Source: Rubrivivax sp. | Lineage (GTDB): Bacteria > Pseudomonadota > Gammaproteobacteria > Burkholderiales > Burkholderiaceae_C | Assembly (NCBI GenBank): GCA_030653385.1 | Contig: JAURZM010000043.1 | Span: 7,341 to 71,340 of the forward strand | Length of the DNA stretch: 64,000 nt | Reading direction: 5' to 3' | Shown: piece after piece, positions 58,425-64,000 of the stretch | How positions within the stretch are numbered: position 1 is the stretch's first letter | How the letters are laid out: each line of letters opens with the position of its first letter | Notes under the pieces: model-generated | The model's database searches: none | What the model was told of the DNA's origin: nothing | What the model saw: only the letters and a program-made list of their open reading frames with translations | Translations under genes and position numbers: made by a program

Positions 58425-59784
58425 CGTCGGAAGCCTCCACGTAGCGTTCACTCGGTGCCACTTCAACGCGGGTGTCGCGGTCGGCACTGGCGGTCATCGG
58501 CACGTCGATGCGCACGCCCTTGGTGATGACGACATCGATCTCGCGGCCGGCATCCACCTCGATCACCGGGAAGGTGTTCTCGGCCAGCTTGATGTAGTAC
58601 TGCGCCAGGCGGTCCAGTGCCTTGCCGACCCCCGTGCCGAGCCCGGCGCGGTAGGCGTCGGCACCGGACGCGCTGGCGATGGTGCCGAGCGCCGAGGTGC
58701 TGTAGGTGGTGGACGACGTGGCCAGGCCCGAACCGATGCCGCTGACCACGCCGGCCAGCAGCGCATTGGCGAGCATCTGGCCCTGCTTGGTGACGAGCCG
58801 CCCGCGCATGCCGACCTTGCCGTCTTCGCCGTACACGCTGCCCTGGATCTTCACTTCCAGCGCCGCGCCGTCGGCGCGCACGCACGACAGGTTCTCGGTG
58901 CGCAGGTAGGCCCGCTCGGAGCTGATATCGCCGTAGCCGGCGGCGATGACGAAGCAGTCGCGGTACTCGCCCCGAAACCGGTTCGGCAACACCGAGTTGT
59001 CGGACAGCCGGATCAGCACCGGGTGAGGGTTCGATTGCGACTGACCGCCAGTGGGCGCATCCAGCCCGCCCAGCAGCGTGCCGCGCGTGAAGCTGACGGG
59101 CAGGAAGGTGGACACCGTGCGGGCCTCACCGGCGCCAGTGGCAGGCGGTGCACCGCCCGGTACGGTGGCCGAAGCCGATCGATCGACGAGCGTCACACGC
59201 GTGATGACTGGTGCCGGCGGTGCGGGTGCGGCCAGCGGCGCGAGGGACGAATTCGGAAGGCCCGGCGGCATCGCACCGTGCCCAGCCGGACGGGGCGGCG
59301 GCAGAGGTAGCAACGGAAGGCTCGCTGCCGGCGGCAGTGGGGCGGTCACCTGCGGCCCGACAGCCGGCGTCCGGGCCGCGAGAGCGCCCTGTGCGGCCGA
59401 TGTCAGGCGCTGTTCCAGGTCTGAAAAGCGCTGCATCGTGCGCGCCTCGAAGGCCTGTCGGTCCTTGTTGAGCCGGCCCTGTTCCTCGCGCTCGCTTTCG
59501 TACTGCGCCAGCTTGCTGCCGGCCGTGCCGACCCACTGATCCACCGGGTTGACCTGCTGGCCGGGTGGCATCACGCCAATGTTGGTCACCGCGCTCGGGT
59601 TGCCACCGGCGGGCTTGGCGCCCTTGTCTTTCGGCGCGTTGTCGGTGAAGGCGAAGATCAGCCACAACATGCCGATGCCACCCAGCAGGATGCTGGCCAG
59701 CGTGGCGTACTGGCGCTGCTTGGGCGACAGCCGCCCGAGCGCGCCGCGCAATGCGGCGACGGGCCGGTTGGCGGGCGTGCTCAT
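58411..59784 (-). CDS. traB: TraB (VirB10-like)
   Basis: TM, coiled coil, Pro-rich linker, [18 protein letters not shown]. Confidence 0.93.
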   Translation of the reverse strand: MSTPANRPVAALRGALGRLSPKQRQYATLASILLGGIGMLWLIFAFTDNAPKDKGAKPAGGNPSAVTNIGVMPPGQQVNPVDQWVGTAGSKLAQYESEREEQGRLNKDRQAFEARTMQRFSDLEQRLTSAAQGALAARTPAVGPQVTAPLPPAASLPLLPLPPPRPAGHGAMPPGLPNSSLAPLAAPAPPAPVITRVTLVDRSASATVPGGAPPATGAGEARTVSTFLPVSFTRGTLLGGLDAPTGGQSQSNPHPVLIRLSDNSVLPNRFRGEYRDCFVIAAGYGDISSERAYLRTENLSCVRADGAALEVKIQGSVYGEDGKVGMRGRLVTKQGQMLANALLAGVVSGIGSGLATSSTTYSTSALGTIASASGADAYRAGLGTGVGKALDRLAQYYIKLAENTFPVIEVDAGREIDVVITKGVRIDVPMTASADRDTRVEVAPSERYVEASDDGTY

Positions 59785-60647
59785 CGCGCACCTCCCCGGC
59801 GGATCACGAACACATTGGTGCTCTCACCGGGGCGCAGGTTGTGGTTCTCCACGGCGACGCCGACCACCTGGCCGCCTGCCAGGCTGTCCTCGCGGTCGAA
59901 CTCCTGTTCGGCCAGCACCATCACAGCGGAGCTGACGTTCTGCAGCAGGTACTTCTCGCCCAGCAGGCCGCGTCCTTCGTAGCGTCGCATCAGCGAGAAC
60001 CGGGCCTCGGCCCACAGCTGGATCGGCCGGTTCACTTCATCGACCCGCATGTCGGCGGGCACACGGTCCGAGGCCATCGCGACAAGCATCGCCTTCATCG
60101 CGCGCACGTGGTTCGACGATGGGCCAAGCGGGCCTGGGTTTCCAGCAACCACCGGCGCGGCCTGGCGCGGCGTCTTGTCGCGGATGACGATGGTGTCCGC
60201 AGGCGTGTCCGAGCGCCGCAGCACCAGTGTGTAGGTGGCCTGCGCCGATGAGATGAACAGATTGACCGGCTTGGTCGAATCGCCGACGGGGCGGATGTAG
60301 ATCTCGCCTTTGTCGCGGTCGCATTCGAGGACGATCTCGCCACCTGGGTTGGCGGCCGGCGCCACGATGCCCGCCCCAGGCGGCCCGACGGCCGCACCGC
60401 CGCAGTTGCTGGAGTGGATGTTGCCGAACACGTCAGTGATGGGCGCGCCCTCGATGCGGATGCGGGTCGGTTCCTTGATCGACAGGATGGCTTCGATGGC
60501 AACGCCGTCGCGCGCCTCGAGCACCTGCAGGGCGCGGGCCGAGGGGCTCGCGAGCAGGACGAGCAGTAGGGCCGCTAGCACGCCGGCGCGCAGACGCGCC
60601 AGACGATCCCATCGCACCGCAAGGGCGGCAGAGCTACTTGGCCGCAC
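59781..60647 (-). CDS. traK: TraK (start uncertain)
   Basis: EPTRI, GEIYIRP, TYTLVL, LRPGEST; between traE and traB. Confidence 0.88.
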   Translation of the reverse strand: MRPSSSAALAVRWDRLARLRAGVLAALLLVLLASPSARALQVLEARDGVAIEAILSIKEPTRIRIEGAPITDVFGNIHSSNCGGAAVGPPGAGIVAPAANPGGEIVLECDRDKGEIYIRPVGDSTKPVNLFISSAQATYTLVLRRSDTPADTIVIRDKTPRQAAPVVAGNPGPLGPSSNHVRAMKAMLVAMASDRVPADMRVDEVNRPIQLWAEARFSLMRRYEGRGLLGEKYLLQNVSSAVMVLAEQEFDREDSLAGGQVVGVAVENHNLRPGESTNVFVIRRGGAR

Positions 60648-61200
60648 GGTCGATCTCCTTGAAGGTCTTCAGATGCATGCGCCCGCCGCTGTAGCTGAAC
60701 TCGACCAGGTAGGCCTTCATGTCGTTCGCGGTCTCCAGGCCATTGACCTGGGTCCGCAACCGCCCGCGCACGACCACGGTCTGCGCGTCTTCGCTGGGCA
60801 CCAGCTGCTGCGGCATGAAGAAGGTGCTGGCGTTGATGCGCTTCAGCCGCGCGGCCTCCAGGTCTTGCCGCGTTCGCAACTCACCGTGCTGCTCGGGCTC
60901 GACATAGCCGAGCAGGATGTCCTTCTTCCAGTCAACCGAAGCGGGCGTGACGTCCAGCACCAGCCAGGCGATGAAACTGCCCATCTGTTCCAGGTACTCG
61001 CTGCTGGCCTTGTCGCGCGTGACCCAGAACGACTTGTTGATCGACGGCGGCACGACCACCGTGCGCACAGTGCCCAGCAGGTTCAGGATGACGACGAGGG
61101 CCAGCACATGGCCGCCGGCCAGCGCACCGACGGTCAGCGCCAGGCCGCGGTTGCGGCGGCGCATGTCCTTGATGTCGCCGTTGAGCCGTTCGAAGTCCAT
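60634..61200 (-). CDS. traE: TraE
   Basis: TM, TVVVPP, EYLEQM, LDVTPASV. Confidence 0.92.
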   Translation of the reverse strand: MDFERLNGDIKDMRRRNRGLALTVGALAGGHVLALVVILNLLGTVRTVVVPPSINKSFWVTRDKASSEYLEQMGSFIAWLVLDVTPASVDWKKDILLGYVEPEQHGELRTRQDLEAARLKRINASTFFMPQQLVPSEDAQTVVVRGRLRTQVNGLETANDMKAYLVEFSYSGGRMHLKTFKEIDRAAK

Positions 61201-61218
61201 GGCTTGCTCCGCGGAGGC

Positions 61219-61518
61219 TCAACCCACCATCCGGCGGATGTGCGAGGGCGGCGTGGCGCGCATCGCGGTGATCGGGCTGGTCGGCAGGTGCCAGTACAGC
61301 CAGTGCATTGCGAAGGCCGGGTGCTTGTCGGCCTTGATGCGGGCGATCCAGCGCGACGTGAAGATGCCCGTCGCGATGCACAACACGAAGGACACCTTCG
61401 AGCCCGACATGTAGCCCATGAACAGGCCGAACAGCAGCGGCGCGGCCACGTCCACGTCCCAGAAACCGATCTTCCACTGGTCGTCCAGACGACGCGGGAT
61501 GTAGGTGTCGGCGTACAT
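61219..61518 (-). CDS. traL: TraL
   Basis: IPRRLDD, HWLYWHLP, TPPSHIR. Confidence 0.93.
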   Translation of the reverse strand: MYADTYIPRRLDDQWKIGFWDVDVAAPLLFGLFMGYMSGSKVSFVLCIATGIFTSRWIARIKADKHPAFAMHWLYWHLPTSPITAMRATPPSHIRRMVG

Positions 61519-61549
61519 GCGGCCTCCAAATGTCCGGGATGCCGCCGCT

Positions 61550-61906
61550 TCAGATCACCGCGCCCATGATCGCGCCCGCGATCACCAGGCCGACGGCGGC
61601 GAAGATGGCGAGTCCCACGTAGAACAGCACTGGGCCGAAGTTGCGCAGCGCCGACAACGAGATCAGCGCGACCACGAAGCCGACAAAGCCGACCAGCGCC
61701 TTGATGCCGGGCCCGAGCGCGGCAATCTGCGTGAGTGCGGAGGTCAGCGGTCCGGTGATGCCTGTGAAGGCCACCAGGTCGAGGGCGTGACCCGGGAAGG
61801 CCACGCACAGGCCCAGGGCGAGCAGCGTGAGCAGGGACAGCACGGCCAGCGGGCGGCGGGCGGCGTTGCGGAACGTCGACGGGGAGACGAGAAGTGCGGT
61901 GCTCAT
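61550..61906 (-). CDS. traA: Probable conjugative pilin TraA
   Basis: Long leader ending GHA, two hydrophobic helices, C-terminal GAVI; directly upstream of traL; GGAGGA RBS. Confidence 0.72.
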   Translation of the reverse strand: MSTALLVSPSTFRNAARRPLAVLSLLTLLALGLCVAFPGHALDLVAFTGITGPLTSALTQIAALGPGIKALVGFVGFVVALISLSALRNFGPVLFYVGLAIFAAVGLVIAGAIMGAVI

Positions 61907-61992
61907 GAATTCCTCCGGAAGTGAGTTGGAGCGTGGGGTGGGGTGGCTGCGGGTGGTGGCGGGTGTTGAGGGACGACTCGACGTGGCGCGCG

Positions 61993-62724
61993 TCACAGGC
62001 TCTCGGCGTCGCGCTCGAACACGATCTCGACGCGGCGGTTCAATGCGCGGCCCTGAGGTGTCTCGTTAGAGGCCGCGAAGCAGCAGGCGCCCTGCGCTTC
62101 GAGGGTGACTGCCGGGGCCAGGTGCGGGTGGCGTGAACGCAGGTGGTCGCGCACCGCGTTGGCGCGGGCGGTGGCAAGCCGCTGGTTGCTCTGCCGCGGA
62201 CCAACGCTGTCCGTGCGGCCACTGATGGCGATGCGCCGCACTGTTGCCAGCGGCTCGGCCACCTCATCGATCAGCGCGCGAGCAGCCGGGCTCAGGCTTG
62301 CATCACCGAAGGCAAAGTGCACGACCACCTGCCTGGTCAGCAGTTTGCCGGGCGGGGCAGATTTCGCTTTGGCCAAGGTAGGTGCGCTCGGCCCCGCATC
62401 CCCTGGGGCCAGAACCAAGGCTTCGCCTTCGGACAGCGATGCCGCGGTGTCCATCGGCTGGCGAGCACCGGCGGAGGGTCGTGCTTCCAGTGCCAGGGTC
62501 TTGGGGGTGACGGCGGGGCAGGCCGGAAGCAGGCAACGTGCAAACGCGGCTTGCCGGCCGAATTCGACCTGGCTGATCCGTCCCGTGGAAACATTCGCCG
62601 AGCGCGAGGCTGGTGTCGTCGCGGCGACAGGCATGCGCATGGGCGAACTGCACGACGATGCGAAGGACGCACCGGCGGCGATCAAAGCCAAGCTGCCGAT
62701 CCAGCGGATGTCAGCGCGCTTCAA
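61993..62724 (-). CDS. OmpA-domain protein (position of GGI yag)
   Basis: VHFAFG, GRTDSVG, N..LA..RA, NRRVEI; TTG start overlaps the upstream stop. Confidence 0.85.
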   Translation of the reverse strand: MKRADIRWIGSLALIAAGASFASSCSSPMRMPVAATTPASRSANVSTGRISQVEFGRQAAFARCLLPACPAVTPKTLALEARPSAGARQPMDTAASLSEGEALVLAPGDAGPSAPTLAKAKSAPPGKLLTRQVVVHFAFGDASLSPAARALIDEVAEPLATVRRIAISGRTDSVGPRQSNQRLATARANAVRDHLRSRHPHLAPAVTLEAQGACCFAASNETPQGRALNRRVEIVFERDAESL

Positions 62725-63266
62725 GGCGACACCCGCGCGGTGAGCGTGACTGGCGGAACGGTGGCCGCCTGGCCCGCGCCTCGGGTGGCGGTGGCAACTC
62801 GTGCCGCGACGGGCGCGGTCGAGCCAGGCAGCTTGCGATATACCTGCCACGCATAGCGCGATCTCGCCTCAACGCATGCTTGTACCTTGAGTTGCGAGCA
62901 GGCGGCGTTGTAGGCGCCGACCGCGTTCCAGGTCACGCCGTGCCGCGCGAACGTATCGGCCAGTAGCCACGCGCCGACCTGGATGTTCGTGCAGGGCTCG
63001 TAGAGCTGGGCCTCGGTGATGCCATGGCGGGCCAGGGCGCCAAGGTGCGAACTATTGATCTGCATCAGGCCGATGTCATAAGAGCCGGTGCGCTGCAGAT
63101 GCGAGCGGTTCACTGCACGCGGGTTCAGGTCCGACTCGACCCGCGCAATGGCATAGAGCAGATCGGCCGCCAGGCCGTAGCGTTGCGCGGCCTGCTCCCA
63201 GCAGGCCAAGGCGTGCGCCGGCACGCACAGCAAGAGAACCCATCCGATAAAGACCAGCGAGCGCAT
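62721..63266 (-). CDS. Lytic transglycosylase (VirB1/LtgX-like)
   Basis: [23 protein letters not shown]. Confidence 0.93.
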   Translation of the reverse strand: MRSLVFIGWVLLLCVPAHALACWEQAAQRYGLAADLLYAIARVESDLNPRAVNRSHLQRTGSYDIGLMQINSSHLGALARHGITEAQLYEPCTNIQVGAWLLADTFARHGVTWNAVGAYNAACSQLKVQACVEARSRYAWQVYRKLPGSTAPVAARVATATRGAGQAATVPPVTLTARVSP

Positions 63267-63423
63267 GGCTGAACCCGTCGCGGGAGTGCGAGACACCACC
63301 CGCCGTGAGGCGGGCGACGAGGTCGGGCCGGTCAGCCGGCAGGGGTCGGGTTCGGGTGAGGCCGGTGTTGTTCCGGCGAGGTCGGGTCTGGTGTCGTTGC
63401 AGCGGGCCGCCGGTCCCGCCGGG

Positions 63424-63921
63424 TCAGGGGGTGGGCGGGTTTCGCCAACGCGCCGAGCGTTCGGCCATGTTCAGCCGGGCCTGCCGGAGGACGATGCTGT
63501 CGGCATCTTCCAGCTGTCGGCACAGAGCCACGCAGGCCGTGGTCAATTGGTCGAGCTGGAACTTCGGGTTCGGGTGGCGATTGGCCGGCGAGCGCTGCAC
63601 GGCGAGCAACAGCTCGTACTGCTGGCGCCACATCGATTCGCGCCGGCGCGGCGTCAGCGGCGGGCGCAGCACCAGCTGTGTGCCCAGAAACTCGAAGATG
63701 TGCGTCGCGGCGCCGTCATGCAGGAACACCAGCGACACGCAGGCGCTGATGAGGTCCGGGAAACGGAAGGTCGGCGAGACGTTATCGTCATTTCGCAGCA
63801 GGCCGTAGAGCCATTCGTGCTCTTCGAGCCAGAGGCGGGTCTCGATGGTGTCCGGGTGCTCGGCTTCCTGGGCGCCGCGGACGGCGAGCTCCTGGCGGGC
63901 GGTGGGCATGGCGGAGAACAT
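63424..63921 (-). CDS. Hypothetical protein with internal duplication; possible tandem ribbon-helix-helix
   Basis: Two similar ~40-aa units, each W...LL...N..P..F...L..ACV.L. Confidence 0.6.
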   Translation of the reverse strand: MFSAMPTARQELAVRGAQEAEHPDTIETRLWLEEHEWLYGLLRNDDNVSPTFRFPDLISACVSLVFLHDGAATHIFEFLGTQLVLRPPLTPRRRESMWRQQYELLLAVQRSPANRHPNPKFQLDQLTTACVALCRQLEDADSIVLRQARLNMAERSARWRNPPTP

Positions 63922-64000
63922 GGCGCATCCCTCGGGTCGGTGGCTGCTGGCGTTGCTCTGTTGAGCGCGTGACCGAAGGGTAGGGTGGGGCGCGGCCAGC

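Larger units (their letters stand above)
42137..64000. mobile_element. Left part of a probable ICE with a GGI-like F-type T4SS; continues past the window
   Basis: Continuous tra operon in a chromosomal context, bounded by the att-like site; integrase, relaxase and coupling protein not in the window. Confidence 0.78.

Noticed and set aside
1-64000. CRISPR array, rRNA, IS transposase, retron or recognisable defence system
   Set aside because: No regularly spaced repeats or matching protein motifs were seen by manual reading.

Overview
GC-rich betaproteobacterial chromosome; Burkholderiales-like is inferred from the greB-spoT-rpoZ-gmk order and the protein style. Five blocks are visible. (1) 1-2147: right end of an integrative element inserted in tRNA-Arg(ACG), with a tyrosine integrase, a RadC remnant, arm/IHF sites and the displaced tRNA 3' half plus its terminator. 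(2) 2.3-14 kb: osmotic/general-stress cluster (MscS-type genes, treS-mak, otsB, an otsA fused to a receptor-like membrane domain, yqjDEK-like genes, DUF481-like barrel, Pal-like lipoprotein). (3) 15-24.5 kb: an unusual signalling operon (FecR-like protein, c-heme/HAMP sensor with no output domain, two Ser/Thr kinases), then core greB, spoT, rpoZ, gmk. (4) 24.5-42.1 kb: heavy-metal block (CusRS-like two-component system, deleted cation transporter, cadR/cadA-dsbB-dsbA, cusCBA, MFS, Acr3-like, antitoxin with truncated VapC). (5) 42.1-64 kb: left end of a probable ICE whose F-type T4SS has the gene order of the gonococcal genetic island (GGI). Its boundary is a 21-bp sequence encoding QVQNLE-stop, which resembles the yicC 3' end, flanked by IHF-like and arm-type repeats. 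All calls come from manual motif reading; no database searches were run.
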